Source: Azolla caroliniana
Taxonomy: Eukaryota; Plantae; Polypodiophyta
Assembly: GCA_043228905.1 (NCBI GenBank)
Contig: JBHGNT010000009.1
Location: forward strand, 4,340,001 to 4,404,000
Direction: 5' to 3'
Length of the DNA stretch: 64,000 nucleotides
In this document: positions 49,901 to 61,999 of the stretch, in pieces
Numbering within the stretch: the stretch's first letter is position 1
Layout of the letters: each line of letters starts with the position of its first letter
Made by a program: the position numbers and the translations under genes
Notes under the pieces: model-generated
Told to the model about the DNA's origin: nothing
Databases searched by the model: none
The model's input: only the letters and a program-made list of their open reading frames with translations

Positions 49901-51667
49901 CATGCTTGTCTCCGTGCTCATGCACTTGTTCAGAAGGGGTAAATAAGATAATTTTGGAATTGACAGTTCGATATAATGGTTTAGTGGTTTTTATATCATT
50001 AATTATGCCATTTGTGAACGTGACCATGTTTTTTTCTCTTTCAATCTCTTCAAAATCAATTATTTGCTGTATATGGAACATATTGTCTTTCGTTCTCATC
50101 TTCGCACTGGAATTCATAAAGATGCTTGTTTCCGGTGCACAAGGCGTATAATAAATCTTTGTTAAAAGTAGGGTAGGGATAAGATAATCAAATTGACTAG
50201 AAAACATGTAATTCCTTCTGCAAGATGACATTAGTCTTGTCTCTTGGTTTTTTTCAGAGCATTATCAAAGCATGCTGCCAACGTATATTCAATAAAGTGT
50301 CCAATTGCACATACACAATTGGTTGCTTGTGCTGTCTAGTTCATTTTCTCAGAGAATGCATCCGCCATTTTACACGTACATAATCAACACCAATTGGTTG
50401 CTTTAGCAAGCGTATGTGACTTGTTAGCGTCACGAGCAAAAATGGAACTGGCAGAAAAAGACTGCTTACAAATAACATAAAGTCTACAAACAAGATCTAA
50501 TAGAAGAATTCCCCTCTTAGGACAAAGCTGATCTCAGAAACTCATGCATTGCAGGATGCAGGATGCAAGTTGGCAGAATGGAACTGAAGTTTCTAGTAAT
50601 TGCTGGTTGGTAAAATAAATAGCCCTTGTGCACAGCCAGGGAAGTGGAGATAGTCCTAATTTAAAATCTGCCGATTGAACATCGCAGAACACAATTCCAG
50701 GAGTTCAATAAAGAATAAATCTTTGCCATCTGATATGAAACAGTAGTTCAGTAACCAGATAATGAAATTTAGTTTAACTAATCAAATTAGTTAAATCGAG
50801 GAAATGATATATATATATATAGGTCAATAACCAAATATTACTTACAAAAATTGCCTTAGGTAACAAAAATTAGATCTCCAACGATCCAACGAAATTATCA
50901 CATGGGAATTATTCAAAGAAATTATTGATATCCAAAGAAATTATGGAAAGATATTATGAAACATCCTGGTTCAGATTTTAACGCTTTACCAGAAACCCAT
51001 CAGATCAAGATTTATGCTGGAAAACTATCATTCTTTCCTTTTCATATACATGCTTACCTACTCAAAATGGAAGGGGACTCACTTGACCAGAGATCTCACA
51101 TGAAGTAAAAAATAAATAGATAACCTTGCTTAAAAAGGTCATCTTATGTAATTTGAAATTTGGCAATGAGAACGTACACATAATTGAACCTAGCTGGTTT
51201 TCAACATGAATTCACTGTTCTCTTACATTTATAAGTTGGTCATGTACTATTAACTTCTCTCTTGAATTTATGAGTATTGAACCCACTTACATTTATAAGT
51301 TGGTCATGTACTTTTAACTTCTCTCTTGAATTTATGAGTATTGAACCCATTGTCTATTATAGACATTTGAGTATGGAAACTATAATTTGTATTATTGTAT
51401 TAAGCCCTATAATCATGGGCTCTGCCTATGAATTCCTGTAGAGCAATGAACCTGGTCATGTGGCATATGAGCCAGAGCCATGTGATTGTTCATTGAGATT
51501 TTATTTATATATATGGAAGCAGGAGAATGATGATACTGCCTTCCACTTACAAGTTTGACGCAAATGCAAAGAATTTACTTGGACAATACTGTCCAAGACA
51601 TCTCCAAGGGATGTTCTCGAAGAAAATGATTTTTCTTAAAAAATAGACAAGAACTCCTGTTCCTTGC

Positions 51668-54600
51668 TCAAATTTCAATGACCACATCCTGTACTTGCTC
51701 CTCAGATTTGGGTAATGCAAACGTGACAAGCCCACTTCCAGCATCATAGAGGATGTCTATCTTCCTAGAATCTACCAAGCATCCACGTGGCTTTACAGAA
51801 GAATATACTCCAAACTCTCCACACCCATGCACTTTCATATGGATGGTAGCAACAGGAAAAAGGGCTGTGACTCCTTCAGAATTAGCAAAATCTAAGATGT
51901 CCATCCGCTTCTCTTCGAACTCCATATGCTGATCATTGTTGTCATGTAGCCGATACTCGAGTGAAATTATTGCGCCACCTGAATTAAACATTTTAAGGAG
52001 ACCAATTGGAGCAAATGCCTCCAAACCAAGTTTCTGTGGAAACATTATAGAAATTTGTTAGTGATTGATATATACGCTTCTTGAATGGCTATTCATTACT
52101 TCACCCATGAAATCATTATACTTGTATTTCTTAGGACCTACAATTTTTAGGATAGGATATTCTACAATGCATCTCTGAGAATGGGGCATGGAAACTATCT
52201 ATCTATACACATTAAATAGATATGTGATTAGGTTTACCTTAATATATGCATTATATATATAAAGATAAAGATAAATATATGCTGCACAATATGAAAAAGA
52301 TAATACCTTCAATGGAGAAATAGTAAATATCTCATATTCTAAAACCTTAAGAGTCAGTGGAAGAGCAGCATTCTTTGGCAAGCATATTAATTCACCTACA
52401 AAATCATGAGATGTATCACAATACAAGAATGAATGCTAAATTTATCATAAAAAGGGGAACATTAATTCCTTGAGATGATGAACCCTTTTGTAAGTTTTTA
52501 ATGAGAATAAATATACCTCCTTTATGGGTGAAAACAGCACAATCACCAGTCCATCCCTCGGGGCAAATATTACTGATCAAATCAACATCTTCCGCACGGA
52601 CACTTCCAGTGATCGTCACTGGTTCTTTATCATGTATCACGTTTGTCTTTTCCTCCTTGCACCAACCTGCACCCTGGCAATTGAAAGTACCCAGTACTCC
52701 TGTATGCTGATTCATGTTCCAAATCTTCAAGAGGCTGTATAGAGGAAAATATGATCGAAGTAAACAATGGGAACAAGAAGTCCATCTGGCTGGCTTAACA
52801 CTCTCTTAGCATACCTTTTCCCATCCCTTGCTGGATCAACAAACAAGCTGTCTCTACTTGGTTTACCAGGAAGTTGTGCACGCAATATGGAGCCATCCGG
52901 AAGTACCAATTTCTTGAGCACATTGAAATCATGCTGTCCAGGCCTGTCACTGTAAGAAACCAAGTAAATACAAAAATTCTGAAATGGGTTAAGAGGTTCC
53001 ATGCTGAAATGGATTAAGAGGCACTGGTTATCATTTAAGTTCAGGTGAATGGATTTTAAAGCCATCAGTTTACACGTTATTTACAAACATTGTTCATGGG
53101 TTTTGAGTGTAATTTATACTTGAAAAATCCACAAATACCAAACCATAAATATATAAGCAGAGAATCTTTGAGATCAGCATTCCAATGTCACTTGTAAACA
53201 GGCAATGAAATAAAATCTCGCACTAAACTCGTTCCCTCTTCAACTGTCAATTGTCACTTGGGAGTAGAATCCAATTCTAAAGGCATTCTCACTTCAACTG
53301 TCAATTATATAGGCAATGAAATAGAATCCACTTCTAAACTCGTTCTCACTTCAACTGTCAATTGTCATTTGGGAGTAGAATTCCAATTCTAAAGTCTCAC
53401 TTCAATTGTCACTTGTAATAGGCAATGACATAGAAACCATAGTTCTTGTTTTAACTATTGTCACATCAATACACAACAGAATAGAACCCCATTAAGTCAC
53501 TCATTTCAACTGTCACTTGTATAGGCAAAATAAAATAGAATCTAGTTTTAAACTCATATTCTTGTAGGATAGTAGAAACTATTCTCAAAAATAGCTTGAG
53601 ATTTGTCACTTGGGAGTAGAATTCCAATTCTAAAATCTCACTTCAATTGTCACTTGTAATAAGCAATGACATAGAAACCATAGTTCTTGTTTTAACTATT
53701 GTCACATCAATACACAACAGATTAGAACCCCATTAAGTCACTCATTTCAACTGTCACTTGTATAGGCAAAATAAAATAGAATCTAGTTTTAAACTCATAT
53801 TCTTGTAGGATAGTAGAAACTATTCTCAAAAATAGCTTGAGATACACTTTTTCTACATATCCCACAAATATTCTATCGGCTTCTGTAGTAACGTGCCAGT
53901 CTTACAGGGCCCTAATACCCATGTAAACATTTACGGAAACCACTATCAGAATTCACATATCCCAGGGTATTATAGCACACGGGAGTAGTAATACACATAA
54001 TTTACAACGATTGATTTAAGCCCTTCACCATGGGGTATACACATTGAAAAGATATTTACACATGAATAGATTTATGAGGATACAGATTGAACAATATAGT
54101 TATTAAGATGCAATGTTTTGAGAAATTGCAAAGTTGGCTTACCTTACGTATACAGGACACCCACCAACAGCTCTGGCTGCAGCATGATATTCAGCAGCAG
54201 GATGAAGACTCTGAATAAGATTTCACATGTTAGCATTATAAGCTAAGCAGGATGCAAGACTCTGAATAACATTTCTCAGGTATTGTAAGTTTTTCAGCTT
54301 ACAATACCTAGGATCACCAGAAATATTCATTTTTATGTGAAAAGAGCCAAAGAATATCAAGAATCTACATGGAACATATCCCAATCAGGCTGCATGAACT
54401 CCCCAAGGAAGATGCTATTATATGCCACCGAAGCTATATGAATAGTATGTGAAGCTGGATCTCGCGGCCAAAAATCATCCGATGCTCTCACAACAGCAGT
54501 TTGCTTGATGCTACAACGGATTGAAGGCCACATAAAGAAAATAGAGCAGGACAAAAATTCCAATGCAATTATATTTACCTAATTTTCCTACATAAATTAC

Positions 54601-57296
54601 CTGTATAGCCCATCGGTGTTATGACTCATGCAAGCAATGCAACCATTATCAGGAAAATTACGAGAAATGGATGCTTCCAATGATTGATGATAGAGCTTTG
54701 TCAAAGAGACACGACCTCCAAAACCAGCACCCAAAGTCTCGAGAATGTTTTGGACATCCACCTTTACACCATCTACACCAGCATCAGCCAAGTAGCTATG
54801 CAATTCATCATAAAACTGAAAGACCTTGGCTGGATGAACGAGACCAAGTCCATTCATTGTTATTTTCTCTGCTGCAAAGTCCAGTGATGCCTGATTTCCT
54901 AAGACTCCTGGCGAATGCACCGGATACTTAATTATAGATTCATATTTCTGCATCTCAGCACCACTTGTTCTCACACCTCCCCAATATCCTGTTAGTGCAT
55001 GCCAGACATACACATATCTGAGACAGCACAAGATAAAAATAGCCTTTTAGATGCATATTTCAACGCATGACAATACAAATGTCATTTATAATTCCACATG
55101 ATATTTTGGTCTTGTGAAATATATAACTCAAAAAAATTGAGAGGTTTGAGAATATGTACTTCACAGAAAAGTGCTCCTTGATTTCATTCACAATGTGCTT
55201 CAGGCTAATTTCTGAAACTTCTCGGTTGCTGCCATCTTTTGAATTCTTCGTCGAGAACTTATTGTTCTCTTTGATGTCAATCAATCTTCTAAAGAACCTG
55301 AAAAAATATTGATGGCAGAATTTTGAGTTTGTGATAACTTTTTGATAAAATAACAAAAACATAACAGTCCACATACTGTGTTCCTGCAGCAAAGTCTTCT
55401 CCTGCATCATCCATTGCTGCTGATTGCCAGCCATCATCTATTATGATGAGCTTAGCAGGTGTACCTCCCTCTTTCAAGCTACAGTTCAAAAATCAAGAAA
55501 AAAAGTAAATTTTCCAACAGTAAGGTGTTCATGGTTTATTTCATACCTTCAAAGAAGACAAAGAAATTCCCTACAAATACCTTTTCAATCCCTCCCTTAC
55601 ACCATCAGGAGTCACGTCTGTATAAAATGCATCCCATGTACACCATCCAAACCAATTGAGTATCCCTGGCATCTGTTGAATGAAAATCCAAAACAGATTA
55701 ATCTGGACTTTCCCTTCATTACATGATATCCATGAAAGAATGTGTCAAGTGCGTCACCTTTTTAACTTCTCGCCTTTTGAATGTTTGCAAATGCATCTCT
55801 ACAGCTCTGGGAAACACATCATTTAAACAGTTTATCCATTAAACTGTATTATCAAGATATAACAGGAATGAAGCAACCTTCACTACTGCAAAGAAGTTAT
55901 TTTCTGATCCCATACAAAATAGGGCATATGATAGCAAAGATGAGAAACAATCCCGTGTATGAGAGGGTTATGTTATATTTTCTTATTAATGAACTTGATG
56001 TTTAAAAGAACTTACTGCACTGCATCAGCAACAACTTGGAAAGGATCTGTCCCGGAATAAATGAAAACAGAGTGTTCTCCACCAGTCATTTGAACACCTG
56101 GACAACCTGGATAAGAGCAATGAAGATCACCCCTCCATAATTTCTGCACAACAGCACAAATCAAAGACAATCATAAAGAAGGTGGAAGAAATTACCACTC
56201 TCCATGCATAATTGAAGTTCATCATCCTCATTCCCTTGAAGACAAGTCCGGAAGGACCCATCAAGTAAAGGGAGAAAAACAATGTATATTCTGTCATTAA
56301 TTCCATTTGACTCTCTGTTTGTTGTTCTAGAGTGCTTAGAGCCATTCTGCCCTTCCAACAGAAGGAACTGGGTTTCAAAAGGGACATCTCTTCCCGATGA
56401 ACCTATTCTCTGAGTCATCCACCATAAGTTGAATCGGAAACAGCACATAAACCTTAAGCCCCTGTTCCAAGTTGAAGAATACATGTTATCATAGATACTA
56501 CACAATAACATTTATGTATTATCATAGTCACTCTTTAGATTTAGCAAAACACAGAAAGAATATTGGGCAATCAACAGCATAGCATTAAAACACCATATAG
56601 CATACAAATTATTGTCGGCTATTACAAACACAGATTAATGAACTATAGGAAGAAATAATCATGGCTTCTTATCGGCGAGACTGTTAGCTTAACCATAGAG
56701 CACGAATAATTCTGGTTTATCATCGTATTCATGCTTTGGTTAAAAGAGGCAGAAAATACCATGAGTTATTATTATAGCCACTGTTTATATTAACGTAGAG
56801 TAGAAAACATCATGGGATTATCATCATAGCCACCTTTCTGTCACTTATAGAGAGGAAACCATGATGGTTTGTTCATTGACAAGTTAAACGATAGAGAATC
56901 TTTGAGGGTTATCATCATCATAACCACATTGTATTCACATACAGCAGAAACTACAATGGTTTCTCAAGATTGTTTTTGTAACATATCAACTACTACATCA
57001 TTGATTCGGTTCTATTGTTGACAATAACAAGAACCAAACCGTCTCTTCGCACTCCTAAGGTTAACCAAACAAAAGAAATAATGGAGAGCTAAAAATACCC
57101 ATACTTACTTCAATATCCCAAGAGGAAACACATGTCGACTACTATTTTCCGTAGATGAGGCCCCAAGGAAAACTCCTTGTGTAACCATGCCCGTGGTTGC
57201 AGTCAGAGCAACATTTTTGGGCACATGGGTGAGTATAGTATGTCCTTTCACAGTGAGCTCTGCATCCACAATGTTAATCTCTGAAGTGATGGTCAT
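51668..57296 (-). CDS. SIP2: GH36 seed imbibition protein / alkaline alpha-galactosidase (raffinose synthase family, SIP1/SIP2-like); 14 exons, 786 aa
   Basis: Exons on minus: 57296-57109, 56461-56196, 56106-56016, 55806-55758, 55672-55581, 55478-55377, 55297-55160, 55017-54601, 54510-54369, 54210-54143, 52949-52815, 52734-52517, 52395-52307, 52033-51668; 2361 nt in frame. Motifs [83 protein letters not shown]1 versus SIP2 orthology is not resolved. Confidence 0.92.
53200..53842. repeat. Degenerate short repeats plus a near-perfect duplication of about 238 bp in SIP intron 10
   Basis: 53365-53601 is repeated at 53604-53841; TTCAACTGTCA motifs recur upstream. Confidence 0.9.
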
Positions 57297-57557
57297 TTTG
57301 AAAATTCGTCTGCGGTGCTGCTTGGCAAGAAGCAGTGGAGAATAACTCGAGAGCAAATTCGTGCTTTGGAAGCCTCCTATTATGCGAGATGTTGAATGCC
57401 AAAATATAGCTGCATACCATTACAGAGTTCAACTCAGAACAAACAAGTCAAAACAAGGATAAAAGGGAGAAAATCCCAACGCAGTCCCAGAGTTTCCATT
57501 TATTTCCCCAAAGATCCTTGAGTTTCTATGTTATTTTCCGCAAACCAGAGTATTTCA

Positions 57558-58427
57558 GAGGACAATTCCAATAATGCATTGCAGCTTCCAAGGTCAGCAC
57601 AAGCACATTAATATGCATTGAACAGAGACATGAATATATAGGAAATGAACGCTGATGAATCAGCAACCATGATAAAAGAAAATGCATCATTGAGCAGAGA
57701 CATGCACATAGAAATTCATTCATCAGCATGATTCTAACCAATCACTGATAAAAAAATGTTTCAGAACATTCAAGGAGGACAATTCCAATAATGCATTGCA
57801 GCTTCCAAGGTCAGCACAAGCACATTAATATGCATTGAACAGAGACATGAATATATAGGAAAAGAATACTAATGAATCAGCAACCATGATAAAAGAAAAT
57901 GCATCATTGAGCAGAGACATGCACATAGAAATTCATTCATCAGCATGATTCTAACCAATCACTGATAAAAAAATGTTTCAGAACATTCAAGGAGGACAAT
58001 TCCAATAATGCATTGCAGCTTCCAAGGTCAGCACAAGCACATTAATATGCATACAGAGACATGAATATATAGGAAAAGAATACTAATGAATCAGCAACCA
58101 TGATAAAAGAAAATGCATCATTGAGCAGAGACATGCACATAGAAATTCATTCATCAGCATGATTCTAACCAATCACTGATAAAAAAATGTTTCAGAACAT
58201 TCAAGGAGGACAATTCCAATAATGCATTGCAGCTTCCAAGGTCAGCACAAGCACATTAATATGCATTGAACAGAGACATGAATATATAGGAAAAGAATAC
58301 TAATGAATCAGCAACCATGATAAAAGAAAATGCATCATTGAGCAGAGACATGCACATAGAAATTCATTCATCAGCATGATTCTAACCAATCACTGATCAA
58401 AAAAATGTATCAGAACATTCAAGGAGG
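57558..58427. repeat. Tandem array of four units of about 217 bp in the putative SIP 5'-UTR intron
   Basis: Units beginning GAGGACAATTCCAATAATGC at about 57558, 57775, 57992 and 58206, nearly identical. Confidence 0.95.
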
Positions 58428-59109
58428 CTAGACCACACCCTTCAAAGAAGGGTTTGCAAATGGATGAAATAGAGGAAGAGGCATATAACCGAGGATAGAA
58501 AGAGAAACTTTGGAAATCACCAAAAGCATACCTATAGTTCAATAGCATCAGAATAAGAATGCAGAAAGACAAAAATGAGGATATATTAAACCATCTTAAC
58601 GAAAGCTTTGAAACAGAGAACTGTCGGACATTTTTATGATAAAAATCATAAGAGACCATATCAAAAACTATTCTATGATGAAAATCTACATAACAAATTA
58701 GTGATGCGCAAACTGATCAGAATCCTTCAGAAGCTCAATTTTTCAATGAGAATACAAGACCACTGCTAAAAATTCTTTTATCTTAAAGACCCACATATAG
58801 GAACAGTCCAAAAAACCCCTATTCAGAACCATTCAAAAAAACAAACCTATTAAGAGAACCCAGTATCCCAAAAGAATCTATGAAACCCCATGATTCAGAA
58901 AAAGAAACTATGGTGAAGACCCATGATCACCAGAAGCATCCGTGTTGAAAACACCCATGATCCAAGAAGCGTTCAAGAAGGGAAGCTAAATATGTTGAAA
59001 AAACGTGCATTATTTTCAAGAAGAATTCAAAGGAAGGAATCATATATGAAGATTCGCCAAAAGAAAGACAAACGAGATGAGATGAATCTATACAGAGGAA
59101 GGGATTGGT

Positions 59110-59202
59110 ACTCACTGAAACAATGAGCAGGAGGAGGGAGGGGCCCTTCTCAAATTCCTGCTGAAGAGCACAGTGAAGAAGAGATTGAGGGGGTCTTTAT
59201 AC
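59110..59202 (-). promoter_or_regulatory. Putative TATA box and non-coding first exon of the SIP gene
   Basis: On minus: TATAAAG (59201-59195), then a CT-rich leader, then a strong donor TCA|GTGAGT (59115-59110). Probable acceptor ATGCAG near 57410, about 115 nt before the ATG. Inferred without transcript data. Confidence 0.55.
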
Positions 59203-59245
59203 ACATCGGTGTTGAGAAGGATCGATAGGCTGCAGAAGGAGGAGG

Positions 59246-59290
59246 AATCTTCGGCGGAATCCATGTTTTGAATCGGATGCTCCTGCCGAC
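59246..59290. promoter_or_regulatory. HSE-like GAAnnTTC and DRE/CRT core GCCGAC upstream of the SIP TATA box
   Basis: GAATCTTC at about 59246 and GCCGAC at 59285-59290, in a GC-rich patch 45-90 nt upstream of the putative TATA. Short motifs, so chance occurrence is possible. Confidence 0.35.
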
Positions 59291-59522
59291 AGAATCTACC
59301 GCCGCAACAGATTTAAACCCAGAAGTAGGGATTTTTAAACATATATACCCTTAGCTTTCCCGATAATTACAAATGTATACCCCTCACACACACACACATT
59401 TGTGCTCCGAAGACAATAATAAAATGTGTCTGTCTTTAGTGGAAAGTTATCAATTATATTAATAGAAGTGTGAAAAAATACTACAAATGAATGGTAGCGA
59501 GACATGTTAGCATCACCAATAG

Positions 59523-60429
59523 TAGTAGGAATGGGCCCGGTTTTTTTGGCTCGAACCGAACCGAACCGTTAAGCCATGGTTTAAAGCATAGTACGTAAAA
59601 TTCGTGTTCGTCTAGCATAACATTCGTTTTTCTACGTTGGAAAACGAATGTGAATGTTATTCAAACATTCTTGTGTTTTTTTTTTTTGTTTTTTAATGTT
59701 TTTTTTGTTTTTTCCCATTTTTTAGGCTTATTTACCTCCTAATAAATAGTTCATCCAAAAGTATGGTATTTATCATTCTTTGAGGGTGTTTTTCTTACGC
59801 GAATTATTGAAACATTCGCGAATGCGAATGCACGTATGGTTCATACTATGGTTTAAAGGTTTATAAGTTCCAAAATAATTAAATGGTTTGGTTTGGTTTT
59901 AACTATTAATAAACAGTTCGGTTTTAGTTCGGTTTGGTTTTGAAATTGAGGTTTATCGGTTTATAGGTTTAAGTGGTTTGGTTTAAAGGTTTATAGGTTT
60001 TTGGGTTAACTTTTTTTATCCCTTCAATGTTTATGTAATGTAATGGTTTAATAAATGTTTTTTGTTTATTTAATTCACTTAACTTAAATGTTTATTTAAA
60101 CTAATGGCTTAATATATATGCTTATTTATTTAATTAATTAATTAAACATAAATGCTGATTTAATTTAGTGTATTTTTATTTATTTAATTTTTTAATTAGT
60201 TTGGCTTAAATGTGATTAGCTTTAAACTTTTTATTAAATGGCTCGGTTTGATTTTAACTTTTCCCTAAACGGTTTTGGTTTAAATAGTTTTGTTTACCTT
60301 TTCTTAAACGGTTTGGTTTAATGTCTTGAAAGTTCATAAACGGTTTGGATTTATTTTTGTTTTATATAAATGGTTAGGTTCAGTTCAGTTTGGTTTCAAG
60401 GCAAAGAAATTGAACCAAGCCCGTTGCTA
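59523..60429. mobile_element. hAT-type non-autonomous element (MITE) upstream of the SIP gene
   Basis: Imperfect TIRs TAGGAATGGGCCCGGTT / AACCAAGCCCGTTGCTA; many AACCG/CGGTT subterminal repeats; near-TSD RCCAATAG at 59515-59522 and 60430-60437. Confidence 0.7.
59587..59850. mobile_element. Nested hAT MITE (264 bp)
   Basis: TIR CATAGTACG / CATACTATG with a perfect 8-bp TSD GTTTAAAG (59579-59586, 59851-59858). Confidence 0.85.
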
Positions 60430-61239
60430 GCCAATAGGCAAGACAAACACTCCATGGAGCAAAGAATTTTGAGATGGTCCACTAAACAAAATCGACACAT
60501 TGATACTCTCTTCAATTTTAGTAGATATGCTCTAGGTCCATGCCAACCATCAAATTAGCAAACACCCCCATTGTCTTTGTGACATCAACGTGAGAAAACC
60601 TTTAAATTTGAGAAATACAACCCCAAACTTACCAAGAAATCAAACATTTGTACGAGATGGTGAGTATTTATCTTCCACTAAAATGATACAAAACAAATAA
60701 TGGCATGTTGATACCCACCCATGTCTCGTTAGAGCTAATCCCAAAGGTACAACCCCCATCATTATTTTCTAAACGAAGACCTTTGTGAGAAGTGACAATT
60801 TAGAATGACAACTATCAACCACGTTTCAAAGCTACAAGTCTTTCATTTTGTTTGGCCTTTGATGATAAGCCATAAAAGAGATTACATGGAGCAAAGGTAC
60901 AAAAGATAAGTAATCACTTGTAGAAATTGAGTTTGACCACGTAAACACCAATTAACTCATGGTTGCTCTTCGATTTGTGTAAGCAAATGATACTAAATCA
61001 ATGTTATACTACGCAGTTATTGCAAAATAAACCCATAACTAGGTGGGATGCATAGATCGAGTATCAATTACATCTCCCACCTCATTGACCCCCAAACAAA
61101 ACAAGTGATTAAACTGAGAGCACAAACTCTCATTTACATGATAAGATAATTATCGAGAATACATGAGTAACTCTTTTTGCAATGAATTATGATGTTATTT
61201 ACTTGGCAATATCATAAAAATATAGAGATTGCTTTGTGT

Positions 61240-61830
61240 CATGAAATGACCAAGTGTTGAGCACATGGAGAACAACAAAGTTTCAACGGAGTATGAAATA
61301 TGTTAGGTGCAAGGCTCAATCAAGTGGGGAAATATATTTTCGCTATCATGGCAGACCCCAATTGGCAGATACGAGCATCAGGAGGAGGGGATGACTTTGG
61401 TGATAAAAGCACAAGAGGTTTTTTTCTCCACCATCGGCAATGTCCACTCAACTCCTCTTAATGACAAATCTCAAGTTGTGTTGGAATTGGTCAGCCCAAT
61501 AACTCTTTGGATTCCATGGAAACAACGGTGTAGACATGTCTTCTCCAACCAAACTGCGCATCCAACAATGTTACTACAAGAGATATGGAGTGAAATTGTA
61601 GCCACTCTAAAGAGCCAATATGATGGCCTCAAGGGCAGCTCCGATGGAGTTGAAAGACAACGAATAGCCTTCATCCAACAATGGTCGTCCTCTCCCTTTC
61701 TTGAGTCAGTGGGCATCCACATAAGATGGAATTATCGCGTCCCTACAGGGATTTGTACATAATCATCTCATTTGTAAAATTTTATAACTAATGGAATGAG
61801 TTTTTTTTGGAATATATATATATATATATT
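61240..61830 (+). mobile_element. 3' fragment of an L1-like LINE
   Basis: ORF 61307-61762 with LWIPWKQRCRHVF, resembling the L1 ORF2 C-terminal W.IW..RN..VF motif, followed by a short UTR and simple repeats. Confidence 0.55.
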
Positions 61831-61852
61831 ATTTCACTAGATGCCATTGTAG

Positions 61853-61918
61853 AATGTAGGGGTTGAACCCATGGCCACCTGCTCTACATTGGGCGACCTT
61901 ACCATCTGAGTTGCATCC
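61853..61918 (-). mobile_element. tRNA-derived SINE head or tRNA pseudogene
   Basis: Minus strand GGATGCAACTCAGATGGTAAGG...GGGTTCAACCCC has A-box and B-box motifs at tRNA spacing, without a clean acceptor stem. Confidence 0.55.
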
Positions 61919-61999
61919 ATCTGGGCTCTCTCTCTTTCTCTCTCTCTCTCTCTGCCTGGAAGTTCCTTCAAATCATAGATGGAATGAATGTGTTATAGC

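Noticed and set aside
49657-50231. 164-aa and 117-aa overlapping ORFs
   Set aside because: They derive from an AT-rich tandem duplication, have biased composition and show no motif.
55545-55580. Alternative SIP donor GAAG|GTATGA
   Set aside because: Using it adds 34 nt and breaks the frame; the donor at 55580 gives the conserved GLKSL sequence.
61853-61918. Functional tRNA gene
   Set aside because: A and B boxes are present but I cannot form a proper acceptor stem or anticodon arm; treated as SINE-like or pseudogene.
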